Shown: positions 52,384 through 63,884, counted from the first letter of the whole stretch. The stretch: DNA of 63,884 bases, filler included, from an uncultured Acidimicrobiia bacterium (GCA_964347285.1; 3 parts of 3 records of this genome joined end to end with filler, not necessarily neighbours in it), one strand, 5' to 3'. Notes: generated from the sequence alone by a model not told the origin. Made by a program: numbers and translations.

Positions 52384-54896
52384 ATGAGAGGGGCCATTCG
52401 GGCATATCGCAGACGTGGCGTTCGGCCGGGGAGGGTGACGAGAGCTGCCACAGCTCTCCTCCTCGTGCTCACGGTTACCGCGCCGGCCCATGCAGTCGCA
52501 CCGCCGGCAGGCCTCCTGGCGTCCGCGCAAACCGACACTATCAGCGCGCCCCCCGCGGAAGAGGTGGCGACCCTCATCCAGACGATTGACCTGCTCAGGC
52601 ACGAGGAACAGTCGATCTACGTCGAAGCGGCAGGCGGCACCTTCACCCTGAGCCTCGAGGGGCAGGGTCCGACCGGAGACCTTGACTATCAGGATGCTCT
52701 CATCGGGGTCAACGAGGTGCAGAAGCTGTACAACGACAGCGGGCCCGTCGACGAGCAGCAATCGATCCACAACGACGCCTCGGGCGGCACCTTCACGATC
52801 AGTTTCGACGGGCAGGGTCCGACGGGAGATTTGGAGTACAACGCCCCAATCAACAANNNNNNNNNNNNNNNNNNNNNNNNNNNNNNNNNNNNNNNNNNNN
52901 NNNNNNNNNNNNNNNNNNNNNNNNNNNNNNNNNNNNNNNNNNNNNNNNNNNNNNNNCGGGTCCGGGAGTTCCAGTGATCCCTGGCTGATTACCTTCCTCG
53001 ATCCCGGCGGCCAAGACATGGCCGACTTGACCACCGCCGACAACTTCACCGACGGTTCATCTTCCACCATCACCACGACTACCCAGGGATCGGATGGTGG
53101 AACGTTTACCCTCAGCTTCGATGGGCAAGGGCCGACCAACCCCATTGCCCACAACGCCGACCCGTCCACCATCAAATCCGAGCTCGAATCGCTTGACAAC
53201 ATCACAACGGTGGCGGTCTCCGGTTCGGGGACGCTTGCGTCTCCCTGGCAGATAGCTTTCGTGGACCCGGGTCACCAGCCGGTCGCCCAGATCACAACCA
53301 CGGATAGCTTCCCTGGCGCTGCTGCGTCGATGATCTCCACCACGACCGAGGGCACCCGCAGCCTCGAGGCGGAACTCGAACTGCTCCCCAACGTGGCCGA
53401 CGTCACCGTTACCGGAGCCGGCACCTCGGATACGCCGTGGGTGGTCACCTTCCTCGACCCGAAGCCGAAGGACCGCGATTTGCTGGTAGCCGACGATACG
53501 AATCTGGGCGGTGGCTCAACGACCATCGGCGAAGAGGTGGCCGGCCTGCTGATCATCGACCCGGCCGGGGTCACTTACCTCGAGCACAAGGACGCTCTGT
53601 TGGTCGCCGATTCGGAAATCGACGAGGAGGCGGACCTGTTCGACGGTTTCAACATGTGGGAGATGACCCGGGACGCCGATGTCCACACCACCGGGCTCAG
53701 CCCAGAGCCGGGAAGGAAAGAGCCGACGGGCCTCGCCTACGATCCGGGCAGCCGCCACGCCTTCATCGTGAACGACCGCAAACCACCGGAGGTGTACGAG
53801 GTCGACCCCGGGGCCGACAAGGAGTACGGAACCGGTGATGATGTTGTCGTAGAGCTGTTCAGCGACAATCCCGACTTCTGGGATACTGCTCTCCCGGCGA
53901 CCGACGTCGAGGACGTTGCCTACGACTGGGCGTTGACCCCGGGCGACATCACCGACGACAGCCTGTTCCTGGCCGACGGACTCAACCAGATCGTGTACCG
54001 GGTGAGGCCCGGGCCCAACGGGCAGTTCGACGGCACAGACGATGTCGTGACGAGCATCGACCTCTTCACTCTGGCCGACATCCATGACGCAGAAGGCCTC
54101 GAATACCGCCCGGCGTCCGACACGATCCTGGTGCTGGAGAGCGCCCTCAACGATGCCATCCACGAGTTGACCAAGGATTTCCAGATCCTGCGCACCATCG
54201 ACATCTCGTTCCTGAAGAGGCCCGGGATCGCCCTCAAGCCGGCAGACCTCGCACTCGCACCCGCCTCGGACGACTCGGGGCCGGATCACCTGTACGTCGT
54301 CGACCGGGCGGACGACAACAATTCCGCCATACCGGCTCCCCAGGATGGGCTCATGTACGAACTGAGCGTTCCCTTCGAGAACTTGGCGCCGTTCGTCGAC
54401 GCCGGCCCCAACCAGGTGGTTCCATTCGGCACCCCGGCTCAACTCGACGCACTGGTCTACGACGACGGACAACCCCCACCTCCGGGCCCGCCCGCCATCA
54501 CGTGGACGCAGCTGAGCGGACCCGGCACGGTCACCTTCTCAGATCCCAACGCCGCGTCCACGGTCGCCAGCTTCAGCGCACCCGGCGCCTACGTAGTTCA
54601 AATCGAGGCGAACGACGGAGCCCTGACCACCACCGAGACGGTCGATATTCAGGTGACGCAGGTGAACGAAGCGCCGAACGTGTTCGCCGGTCCAGACGAA
54701 ATCATCACCTGGCCCGCTGGTGCGAGCTTGTCCGGCTTCGCCACCGACGATGGGCTCCCGAATCCCCCCGGGGCGTTCACAACCCGGTGGACCAAGGTGT
54801 CCGGGCCGGGAACGGTGACCTTCGCAGATCCCAGCTCGACGACGACCACGGCCAGCTTCTCTGCCTCCGGTGTGTACGTGTTGCGCCTCACCGCCG
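52384..54896 (+). CDS. Large secreted protein: nested repeat domains, a beta-propeller and PKD/REJ-like Ig repeats; spans a scaffold gap and is truncated at the contig end
   Basis: Signal peptide ending APAHA; three GGTFT(L/I)S..GQGPT repeats; DPAGVTY / EPTGLAY / DVEDVAY / DAEGLEY blades; two VDAGP..W..SGPG.VTF.D repeats. Confidence 0.8.
52857..52956. other. Scaffold gap (100 N) inside the repeat region of a gene
   Basis: N run without a linker, flanked by the same repeat family. Confidence 0.95.
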
Positions 54897-54996
54897 NNNN
54901 NNNNNNNNNNNNNNNNNNNNNNNNNNNNNNNNNNNNNNNNTTAATTAATTAANNNNNNNNNNNNNNNNNNNNNNNNNNNNNNNNNNNNNNNNNNNN
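54897..54996. other. Artificial contig linker
   Basis: N44-TTAATTAATTAA-N44. Confidence 0.97.
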
Positions 54997-55995
54997 CCCG
55001 AGAGCCACTCGGTGTCCTTCGCCTACATCGTGTACGCCTCGGCCTGGCTCAAGTACCACTGGCCCACCGAGTTCCTCGCCGGACTCCTCAACGCCCAGCC
55101 GATGGGCTTCTACAGCCCCAATACCTTGGTGCAGGATTCCATCCGCCACGGGGTGGTGGTCTTGCCCCCCGACGTCAACGAGTCCGACTTCGACTGCACG
55201 GTGCTACCCGCCGAAACCGATCCCGACGACACCGTCACCTACTACGGCATGACCTGGCGGCGGGGGAGGGGGCCGATCGACGACCCCGTCCGCCCGGCCG
55301 TGGCGCTGCGGATGGGGCTGCGCTACGTGCGCAATCTCGGTGACGCCGAGATCACCCGTATCGAGGCGGCCCGCCGGGTGGCCGGCCCGTTCACCTCACC
55401 CGCCGACCTGGCGCAGCGCACCGGATTGTCCGGCGACGCCCTCGAGGGTCTGGCGGCGGCCGGGGCGTTCGCTCCGCTGGGGGCGAGAAGGCGGGAAGGG
55501 CTGTGGACCGCGGGGGCTCTGGCCGGCCTGGGGCCGGACCGCCTCGCCGTTGCCGCCGGTGCCGAACCGCCCGAGCTGGCCGAGATGACTTCCTACGAGC
55601 ACCACCAGGCCGACCTGTGGTCGACCGGGGTGTCGGTGACCCATCCGGTGAGTTTCGTGAGAGAGCGGCTGGGCGACGAGGGCTGTCTCACCATTGCCGA
55701 CGCCCTGGCGCAGCGCAGCCACGGATTGCGGGCAAGGGTGGGAGGCATCGTCACCCATCGTCAGCGACCCGGAACGGCCAAGGGGGTCCGATTTCTCAAC
55801 CTGGAGGACGAAACCGGCATCCTCAACGTGGTGGTGCTGCCCGAGGTGTGGGATCAGAATCTGGAGGTAGTCCGCAAGGCGATCGGAGTGGTCATCGAGG
55901 GCCGCCTCGAGTTCCGCGATGGTGTCACCAACCTGGTGGCCCATCGCTTCTGGGAGTGGCCGGTGACCGGGGTCCGCTCCCGGGACTTCCGCTGA
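54997..55995 (+). CDS. dnaE2: Error-prone DNA polymerase III alpha, C-terminal part; 5' end truncated
   Basis: PESHSVSFA..YASAWLK, LLNAQPMGFY, RQRPGTAKG..FLNLEDETG, terminal SRDFR. Confidence 0.93.
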   Translation, partial: PESHSVSFAYIVYASAWLKYHWPTEFLAGLLNAQPMGFYSPNTLVQDSIRHGVVVLPPDVNESDFDCTVLPAETDPDDTVTYYGMTWRRGRGPIDDPVRPAVALRMGLRYVRNLGDAEITRIEAARRVAGPFTSPADLAQRTGLSGDALEGLAAAGAFAPLGARRREGLWTAGALAGLGPDRLAVAAGAEPPELAEMTSYEHHQADLWSTGVSVTHPVSFVRERLGDEGCLTIADALAQRSHGLRARVGGIVTHRQRPGTAKGVRFLNLEDETGILNVVVLPEVWDQNLEVVRKAIGVVIEGRLEFRDGVTNLVAHRFWEWPVTGVRSRDFR

Positions 55996-56096
55996 GGATC
56001 CCCGTTCCAGCCGATCAGTGGTCAAAAGACACTGCAATTCCTGGCCGTAGGGCTTCTGTGCCCTATCTTTCTTCAACTGTTTCCTCAATTCTTGCA

Positions 56097-56176
56097 TTGC
56101 GCTCAGAGTAGCGATGTACTACTCTAAGTAGCCAGCCAGTAGGGAGTCGGGTTGGGCCACGGGCGGCCCACCGACT
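56097..56176 (+). promoter_or_regulatory. Putative promoter, operator and 5'UTR hairpin of the surface-protein genes
   Basis: TTGCGC-17-TACTCT (56097-56125); AGAGTAG-N7-CTACTCT inverted repeat (56105-56125); hairpin 56145-56176 just before the AAGGAAGG RBS. Confidence 0.5.
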
Positions 56177-56194
56177 AAGGAAGGGATCAGTCAA

Positions 56195-59100
56195 ATGGGC
56201 GAGAGACTCTCGTCCGTCGGGGCCAGGAAGCCACTTCGGACCACCACACACGTTACGTCGCGGCGGCGAATCCGAGAGCGCATGCTCGTTTACGCCTCGA
56301 CGATCGCGCTCGTCTCGGCAGTGCTGCCGTCGCTACCCGTCTCCGCCGAGACCGTCCTCCCGCCGGAGCCCTCGCAGTTTCTCACCGAGGAGGCTCCCGC
56401 CGAAGAGCCGATGGCCGACCAGGAGCCGGCCGACGAGGAGCCCCTGCCCGAGGAACTGCTCGCCGGAGAGGTTCCCGCCGAGGACCCGTTGCCCCAGGAG
56501 CCGGCCGACGAGGAGCCCCTGCCCGAGGAACTGCTCGCCGAAGAGGTTCCCGCCGACGAGCCGTTGGCCGAGGATCCGCTCGCCGGAGAGGTTCCCGCCG
56601 AGGACCCGTTGCCCCAGGAACCGGCCGACGAGGAGCCCCTGCCCGAGGAACTGCTCGCCGAAGAGGTTCCCGCCGAGGAGCCGTTGGCTGAAGAGTCGCC
56701 GCCCGAGGAGCCGCCCGCCGAAGAGGTTCCCGCCGAGGAGCCGCCGGCTGAAGAGTCGCCGCCCGAGGAGCCGCCCGCCGAAGAGGTTACCGCCGAGGAC
56801 CCCACACTGTGGACGACGGACGCCGCCGGCAATGCTCAGTTCGACTTCTCTCCCGGCTCGACCGTGTACATCCACGGCTCGGGCTTCAAGCCCGACACTG
56901 CCTACGACATCCCCATCACCCGGCCCGACGGATCCATCGTCAAGGGTGACGGCAACTTCGATCCCGCCGACCACAGCTACGCCTGTCCCGACGGGGCCGC
57001 CTCCTGTTGGGACTCGACGATCACCGACGCCGACGGCGCTCTCTACTACGAGTACATCCTCAACGGAATCGAAGGCCTCTACTACGTGAGCGTCTACAGG
57101 CACCCGTGGAATGGCCCGGAGTCGGCCGACGAGCCGGTGGCAACCCTGGAGTTCTCGGATGCGGTGGGCGATCTCACGGTCACCGACCACGAGGGCCAGC
57201 TCAAGGTTGCCGGAGTGACTGCCGGTTACAGCAACGGAAACATCACCGAGTACGCCGAACTCGAGGCTATCAACTTCCGGTTCGACCTCGACGCCACAGC
57301 CGGTGGGTCCGGGACGTTGGAAATCAGATTCAGTGGGAACGTGAGTGGTGGGAGCGGATGCAGCCCGTTCTTCCAGCAGGAGCTCAGTCTGGGCACCTGG
57401 GACGGGAGCGCGCCAGTTGTGGAAGCGTTCAACGGACCAGCACCCACAGTGAGCCTTGTCGGTACGCCGACGCCCGTCGGGGACGAGTGGGTGCAGACGC
57501 TCAACGTGGTGTTCACGGGCGCCGGCTCGGCGAGGGTCAACTACTACCTCACCCTCTCCGACGTTGCCGGCACCTGCAACGGTTCTTCGCAGCACAGCCG
57601 CATCGGTGCGACCACGGGCGACTTCGGCAACGCCGGAGCTCAAAACGTACCGGTACCGGCCAAGGACATTCTCGAGCTGCCGCAGATCACCGTGATCAAG
57701 AAGATCGATCGCAATGGTGACGGAAGTTTCGAGTCGACGGCTGCCGCCGGGGAGTTTTGCTTCAGCCTCGATGGTGGGGCCTGTCAGCCCACCGATGCCG
57801 CGGGAACCGTCGTTTTCGAAGACATTCCAGCCCCAGGGCTCGACCCGGCACAACCGCACTCACATCAGATCATCGAGCAGCAGCTGGACTTCACACAAGG
57901 GACCTATGCATACGTTTCGGGATCGGGTGTCAACTGCACGTTTGATGACCCATCCGAAACGGCAGCGGCGACCATTGCTGCAGGAAGTACCAGCCCACAG
58001 AATGCCGAGTGCACATTCCAGAATGGGCTGACAACCGGCTCGATAGTCATCCAGAAGGACGCTTTCCCTAACGACGCCCAGGACTTCTCGTTCACCTCCA
58101 GCATTCCCGGCTTCGGCACCTTCACCCTCGATGACGACGCCGGGGCAACGGGTGAGGACGGCACGTACTCAAACAGCATCGCTATGGCGGACGTGACGGT
58201 CGGGAGATACACCGTCACCGAGGATGCGAAGACCGGCTGGGATCTCACCGGCCTGAGCTGTACGGATCCAGATGGTGGCTCCTCCGCGGACCTGACCGCC
58301 CGCACCGCCACTATCGAGCTCGACCCCGGCGAGACCGTCACCTGCACCTTCCTCAACACCCAGCGGGGCTCGATCATCGTCGAAAAGCAGACCCTGCCCG
58401 ACGGCGACCCGGCCACATTCGACTTCGACGGCCCCGGTGCATTCGATCCCACTCTCAGCGACGGTCAAACCGACATGCTGGAGGTGTCACCCGGTCCACA
58501 CACCGTCACCGAGACCGTGCCCCCGGGTTGGGCGCTCACCGACATCTCCTGCGACGACGCCGACTCAACAGGCGACACCGGCACGGCCACTGCCACCTTC
58601 AACGTGGAGCCCGGCGAGACGGTCACCTGCACCTTCACCAACACCAAGGACGCGCCCGACATCCTCTTGGACAAGTTCCTGGCCGACGACGGTTTCCCAC
58701 CACTCGACTGGCTGAATGATCTTGATGGGTCGCTGGACGTGAGTCTGGGGGACATCATCACCTACTCCTACAAGATCACGAACACGGGGAACGTGACACT
58801 GGACCCGGTCGTGCTCTCCGATCCACACATAGGGCTGGTGGGCCTCTCGTGTCCGCTTAGCTCACTTCCCGCTGGTGCGACGATGACGTGTTCGGCCACC
58901 TACACGGTCTCGCAAGCGGATGTCGATGCTGGCGTCATCAACAACGCAGCGACGGCAACGGGCACGCCGCCATTCGGGCCAGACGTTGAGTCGTCAGATT
59001 CGTTGTCGATAGATGTACCGCAGGACCCCGGCGTCGGCTTGGACAAGTCCCACGGCTACGCCGACCCCGCCGACGACCTGGCCCCGCCCGGGGCGTCGCT

Positions 59101-61866
59101 GGGCGACACCGTGACCTACAGCTTCTTGGTCACCAACACCGGCGACGTGACCCTGACCTCATACACCCTGTCGGAGATCTCCTTCTCCGGCTCGGGGACC
59201 CCCTCGGCCTTCGACTGCACCGGCCAGCCCACCACCTTGGGCCCGGGTGACGCCGCCACCTGCACCGCCACCTACGTCATCACCCAAGACGACGTCGACG
59301 CCGGGCTCATCGACAACGAGGCCCGGGTCGACGCCGCCACCGCCAACGCCGGCTCGGTCTTCGACCAGGACACCGATCGGGTCCTCATCGACCAGGACCC
59401 CGGCGTCGGCTTGGACAAGTCCCACGGCTACGCCGACCCCGCCGACGNNNNNNNNNNNNNNNNNNNNNNNNNNNNNNNNNNNNNNNNNNNNNNNNNNNNN
59501 NNNNNNNNNNNNNNNNNNNNNNNNNNNNNNNNNNNNNNNNNNNNNNNCAGGACCCCGGCGTCGGCTTGGACAAGTCCCACGGCTACGCCGACCCCGCCGA
59601 CGACCTGGCCCCGCCCGGGGCGTCGCTGGGCGACACCGTGACCTACAGCTTCTTGGTCACCAACACCGGCGACGTGACCCTGACCTCATACACCCTGTCG
59701 GAGATCTCCTTCTCCGGCTCGGGGACCCCCTCGGCCTTCGACTGCACCGGCCAGCCCACCACCTTGGGCCCGGGTGACGCCGCCACCTGCACCGCCACCT
59801 ACGTCATCACCCAAGACGACGTCGACGCCGGGCTCATCGACAACGAGGCCCGGGTCGACGCCGCCACCGCCAACGCCGGCTCGGTCTTCGACCAGGACAC
59901 CGATCGGGTCCTCATCGACCAGGACCCCGGAATATCCATTGTGAAAGAGGGCAGTCTCGACACGACGGTGGTCAACCCGTCTGATCGGGCCGACGTAGGA
60001 GACCAGATCACCTACACGTTCACGATCACCAACACCGGCAACGTGACCCTGGACAACGTCACCGTCAACGACGCGGTGGCCGGAGTGGTGGACTGCCTGA
60101 TCGGCAGCATGGCACCGGGTGACGTGGACACCACGACCTGCCTGGGGATGTATGCATTGACCCAAGCCGACATCGATGCCGGCGTAGTCTTCAACCAAGC
60201 ATTCGTCACCGGCGACGACCCCAACGCCGATCCGGTCGGCGACGACGATCGGAACGCCGAGGACGTACCCCAGGTGCCCGGTATCGAGATCGCCAAGGAT
60301 CCCGACACGCAAACGGTGACCCTGGGTACCGACGCTCAGTTCACCATCACCGTCACCAACACAGGCAACGTCACTCTGACGAACGTGACGGTCTCGGACC
60401 CCAACGCAGCAACCTGTGATGCCGATCTCGGCACGATGTCGCCCGGGGATGCGAAGCAAAGGCTGTGCGCGGTCACCGTGACCGATGACCTCGTGAACGT
60501 GGCGACGGCAACGGGCACGCCACCTGCCGGCGAACCCGTCGATGACGAGGACGACGCCGCCGTCAATGCAATCCCGCAGATTTCAACAGCCAAGTCTGCC
60601 GTGGGCAGCATCGATGAGCCGGGCGGGGTGGTGCTCTTCACCGTCACCATAAGCAACGATTCTGGCGCCAGCGATCCGGTGACCCTCATCTCCATTGTTG
60701 ACGACGTCTATGGAGACCTGACCAGCCCCGCCAACCCGGCTATCTCGAACTCGACGTGTGCGCTGGTGACCATCCAGCCGAGGGGTTTCTACACCTGCAC
60801 CTTCGAGGGCGAGTTCATCGGTAACGCCGGTGAACTCGAGAAGGACACCGTGAGGGCCGAGGGTGTCGACGATGAGCAGACGCCGACAAGCGATGAGGAT
60901 GACCACACGATCGCCCTCAACGACGTCCCATCGTCGGTCGAGGTGACCAAGACGGCGAACCCGACCAGCGTGCCGGAGACGGGTGGCAACGTCACCTTCA
61001 CCGTGACCATCAAGAACACCTCCGTAGCGGATGTGGTCATGATCGATACTGTGGTCGACGACCTCTACGGCGATGTTTCGGCCGGCTGCGACAAGCCATT
61101 GCCGACATCGCTGAGCATCGGTGAGACGCTGACCTGCCGGTTCACTGAGCTCGTGTCTGGGGCGGCTGCTTCCGACCACAGAAACGTTGCGACTGCCAAA
61201 GGCACGGACGACGACGGCCAACAGGTTGAGGGCAGCGACGGTGCGGTGGTCGATCTCACGCCGGTCATCGACCTCGAGCTGAACGTCGTGTCCCAGCCGA
61301 CCCTTGGCGACGTTGGCCAGCAAGCGACTTACACGATCATCCTGACCAATCAGGGCCCATCGGGTGCAACCGGGGTGGTGGTCACCAACACGCTGCCGCC
61401 CGGCGTCACCTACCTCTCCGACACCAGCGGCGGGGCCTTCGATCCGGCCACTGGGCTGTGGACGGTGGGCAACCTGCCCGCCGGATCGACGGTGCAGTAC
61501 TCGATCGTGGTCGTCCTGACAACTGAAGGCCTCCACGTCGACACGGCTGAGGTGACGGCGGCCAACGAGCAGGACAGGGATTCGGTACCCGCCGACGGAA
61601 GCGGTGACGACTGGGATCGGGACACCATCCAGGCGGTTCTGGTGCTGCCGGTGACGCTGCCGGAGACATTGCCGGTGACGGGAGGCCCGCACACCGATCG
61701 GTTGGTGCTGACCGGCTTGGTGCTGGTGCTGCTGGGCGGGGCGCTCGTGCTGGCGGCGAGGAGCTCTTACCCGGCGTTGGCCGCCGGCGGAGGTGCGGGC
61801 AGTTGGGGTCGAGCACCCGCCGCCCGGCGACAACGATCGGATCGAGGAGAACACGAAGGCAACTGA
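56195..61866 (+). CDS. Large sortase-anchored surface protein: Glu/Pro stalk, prealbumin-like and DUF11-type Ig repeats, LPVTG motif; spans a scaffold gap
   Basis: Signal peptide; many (V/I)TNTG(N/D)VTL repeats; LPVTG followed by a TM helix and basic tail; ORFs 56195-59641 and 59566-61866 are one gene broken by the N gap. Confidence 0.88.
56387..56803 (+). repeat. Coding 15-bp degenerate tandem repeat (EExPA-type pentapeptides) with higher-order units
   Basis: QEPADEEPLPEELLA occurs three times; EESPPEEPPAEEV occurs twice. Confidence 0.9.
59021..59930 (+). repeat. 372-bp apparently identical tandem repeat (124-aa Ig-like domain); copy number unresolved across the gap at 59448-59547
   Basis: Units start with CAGGACCCCGGCGTCGGCTTGGAC at 59021, 59393 and 59548. 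Confidence 0.92.
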
Positions 61867-61884
61867 GGAAACGAGAGGGACCAA

Positions 61885-63884
61885 ATGAGGGCTAGGAAGG
61901 GAACCGAAGGAAGGATGCGATCGCGACTGCGACGGGGACTGGCGATCACCTGGGTAGTGGTGATGGTGTTCGCTTTGTTGCCTTCGCTGGCGGCGCTCGC
62001 CCAAGAAGAGTTGCCCCCCGGCTGGGGAGACGTACCGCCTCCCGCCGAAGAGCCTCCGGCCCCGGCGGTCCCACCGGCCCCGCCCATCCAAGACCCGGTC
62101 CCGGCTGCTCCAAACGAACCGGCTCCGTCCGAGGCTCCAGCTCCGGCTTCGGAGCCCGAGTTGCCTGAGGGCTGGGGTGAGCCCGCCGCGGCGTCCAGCG
62201 ATGAGCCGGCCGATCCCGAACCCGAGGCGGAAGTCGACCCCGAACCTGACGAGGAAGACAGCGGCCTGCGGCCCTCGTTCTCGGTGCCATGGCTGCTTCT
62301 CCACGGCGCCGAGGAGGAACCAGACGAAGCCGAGGAAGAGGAGCCCATCGAGCCCACCCTGTGGACGACCGACGCCGCCGGCAATCCCCGGTACGACTTT
62401 TCTCCGGGCTCCACGGTGTACATCCACGGGTCGGGGTTCGACCCCAACACCACGTACGACATCCCGGTCACCCGTCCCGACGGCTCCATCATCAAGGGCG
62501 ACGGCAACTTCGATCCGGCCGACCATCGATACGTATGCCCCGACGGTGCCTGGGCGTGCTGGGACAACACCACCACCAATGGCGACGGCGACCTCTCCTA
62601 CCAGTACATTCTGAACGGCATCGAAGGCCTCTACCGCGTGGCGGTCTTCACCTATCCATGGGGCGGTCCCGGTTCGGTCGACGAGCCGGTGGCGACGGTG
62701 GCGTTCTCGGATTCGGCAGGCGATCTCGACATCGTGGGGGGCTCCCACGAGAGCCAGCAGAAAGCTGCCGGAGTGCTCGGCTCCTACACGAGTGGCAATG
62801 CGACCCAATACGCCGAGCTCGATCCGATCAACTTCCGGCTCGAGGTGTCCCACTCCGGGGCGGGGTCGGCGCTGGGCACGTTCGATATCGGGTTCAGTGG
62901 CGACGTCGGCGGCGGCAGTGGGTGTAGCCCCTTCTTCCAGCAGGCATTCGCCCTGGGCACGCACGACGGAAGCAACCCGGCGGTGGTGACCAACTCCGGA
63001 GCGACACCGTCGGTGAGCCTGGTCGGGGCACCCGTGCCGGGGACCGGTCCGAGTTCAGGCGACTGGATTCAAACGGTCCAGGTGGAGTTCACGAGCGGGC
63101 CGGGCAACGCGACGATCTACTACTACCTGACACTTTCCGACGTGGCCGGGGAGTGCGGCGGCTCCTCGCAGCATTCCCGGATCAACGGCACCGGCGGGGA
63201 CTTCGGCAACGAGGGTGATCAGAACATTCCGGTCCCGGCAAGGGCCATCCTCGAGCTGCCGCAGATCACCGTTACCAAGATGGTCGATCGCGACGGAGAC
63301 GGTTCCTTCGAGACGACCGCGGCCGCCGGCGAGTTCTGCTTCAGCCTCGACGGGGGGACCTGCGTACCCATCGATGCAGCGGGGCAAGTCGTGTTCGGCA
63401 ACCTGGTGTCGACCGACCCCGACGCGGATCCGGCCACCGCTCACGCCCACACCATCACCGAGCAGCAACTCGACTCCAGCCTGGGCACCTACATATACGG
63501 GTCGGGCGCCGGTACGAACTGCACGTTCGATGATCCCAGCGCCACGGCAACGGCCACCGTGCAGGCGTCGAGCAGGGGGCCGGAGAACGCTTCTTGCATC
63601 TTCAGGAACGGGCGGACCAAGGCGGACCTGGGCATCGGAAAGTCCGACTCACCCGATCCGGTGGTGGCCGGCACCAACCTCACTTACTCCCTGGTGGTCA
63701 CCAACCACGGCCCCTCGGTGTCGTCGGGGTTCACCGTCTCCGATACCTTGGATGCCAACACCAGCTTCGTCTCATTCGACAACGCCGCCGCCACTGCCGA
63801 GTGCCTCCACCTGGCCGGGGTGATCACTTGCACCCACAGCTCCGATCTGGCAGTGGCCGGCACGGTCATCTACACGTTCACGGT
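61885..63884 (+). CDS. Second paralogous large surface protein; runs off the window end
   Basis: Absent from the ORF track (no stop). MRARKGTEGRMRSRLRRGLAITWVVVMVFALLPSLAALA, Pro/Glu linker, PTLWTTDAAGNPRYDFSPGSTVYIHGSGF.., then DUF11-type ADLGIGKSDSPDPVVAG..VTNHGPS; alternative ATG at 61915. Confidence 0.88.
   Translation, partial: MRARKGTEGRMRSRLRRGLAITWVVVMVFALLPSLAALAQEELPPGWGDVPPPAEEPPAPAVPPAPPIQDPVPAAPNEPAPSEAPAPASEPELPEGWGEPAAASSDEPADPEPEAEVDPEPDEEDSGLRPSFSVPWLLLHGAEEEPDEAEEEEPIEPTLWTTDAAGNPRYDFSPGSTVYIHGSGFDPNTTYDIPVTRPDGSIIKGDGNFDPADHRYVCPDGAWACWDNTTTNGDGDLSYQYILNGIEGLYRVAVFTYPWGGPGSVDEPVATVAFSDSAGDLDIVGGSHESQQKAAGVLGSYTSGNATQYAELDPINFRLEVSHSGAGSALGTFDIGFSGDVGGGSGCSPFFQQAFALGTHDGSNPAVVTNSGATPSVSLVGAPVPGTGPSSGDWIQTVQVEFTSGPGNATIYYYLTLSDVAGECGGSSQHSRINGTGGDFGNEGDQNIPVPARAILELPQITVTKMVDRDGDGSFETTAAAGEFCFSLDGGTCVPIDAAGQVVFGNLVSTDPDADPATAHAHTITEQQLDSSLGTYIYGSGAGTNCTFDDPSATATATVQASSRGPENASCIFRNGRTKADLGIGKSDSPDPVVAGTNLTYSLVVTNHGPSVSSGFTVSDTLDANTSFVSFDNAAATAECLHLAGVITCTHSSDLAVAGTVIYTFT

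Noticed and set aside
56387..56803. Short regular repeats as a CRISPR array
   Set aside because: There are no unique spacers; these are in-frame coding Glu/Pro repeats and no cas genes are present.
52857..59547. Apparent frameshifts in the two large secreted genes
   Set aside because: The frame changes coincide with 100-N gaps of arbitrary length.
56800..63610. Homologous segments as a DGR template/variable repeat pair
   Set aside because: Both copies are long coding paralogues, the differences do not look adenine-specific, and no reverse transcriptase is present.

Overview
High-GC bacterial DNA, probably an actinobacterial (Acidimicrobiia-like) metagenome-assembled genome; the taxonomy is inferred from gene content and leaderless promoters. 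The window joins three unrelated contigs with artificial N44-TTAATTAATTAA-N44 linkers (1-27444, 27545-54896, 54997-63884) and has two 100-N scaffold gaps. Contig 1 carries arsM with an operator-overlapped sigma70 promoter, an xdh-ssnA-ygfK anaerobic purine/urate catabolism block, fhs, a selenocysteine formate dehydrogenase (in-frame UGA plus SECIS-like hairpin, split FdsA layout), HU, a TIR pseudogene, ppa and a coupled FrhB/FpoF-like + 2-oxoacid:ferredoxin oxidoreductase operon. Contig 2 carries nucleoside ABC permeases, a deaminase, asnS, a lower-GC island with a pyruvate kinase-ATP sulfurylase fusion plus a sulfotransferase, a Cys-less thiolase/DUF35 pair, an IolN-like cyclitol cluster, and a secreted protein with recursively nested repeat domains. 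Contig 3 carries the dnaE2 3' end and two tandem paralogous large surface proteins. I saw no rRNA, tRNA, CRISPR array or intact mobile element.
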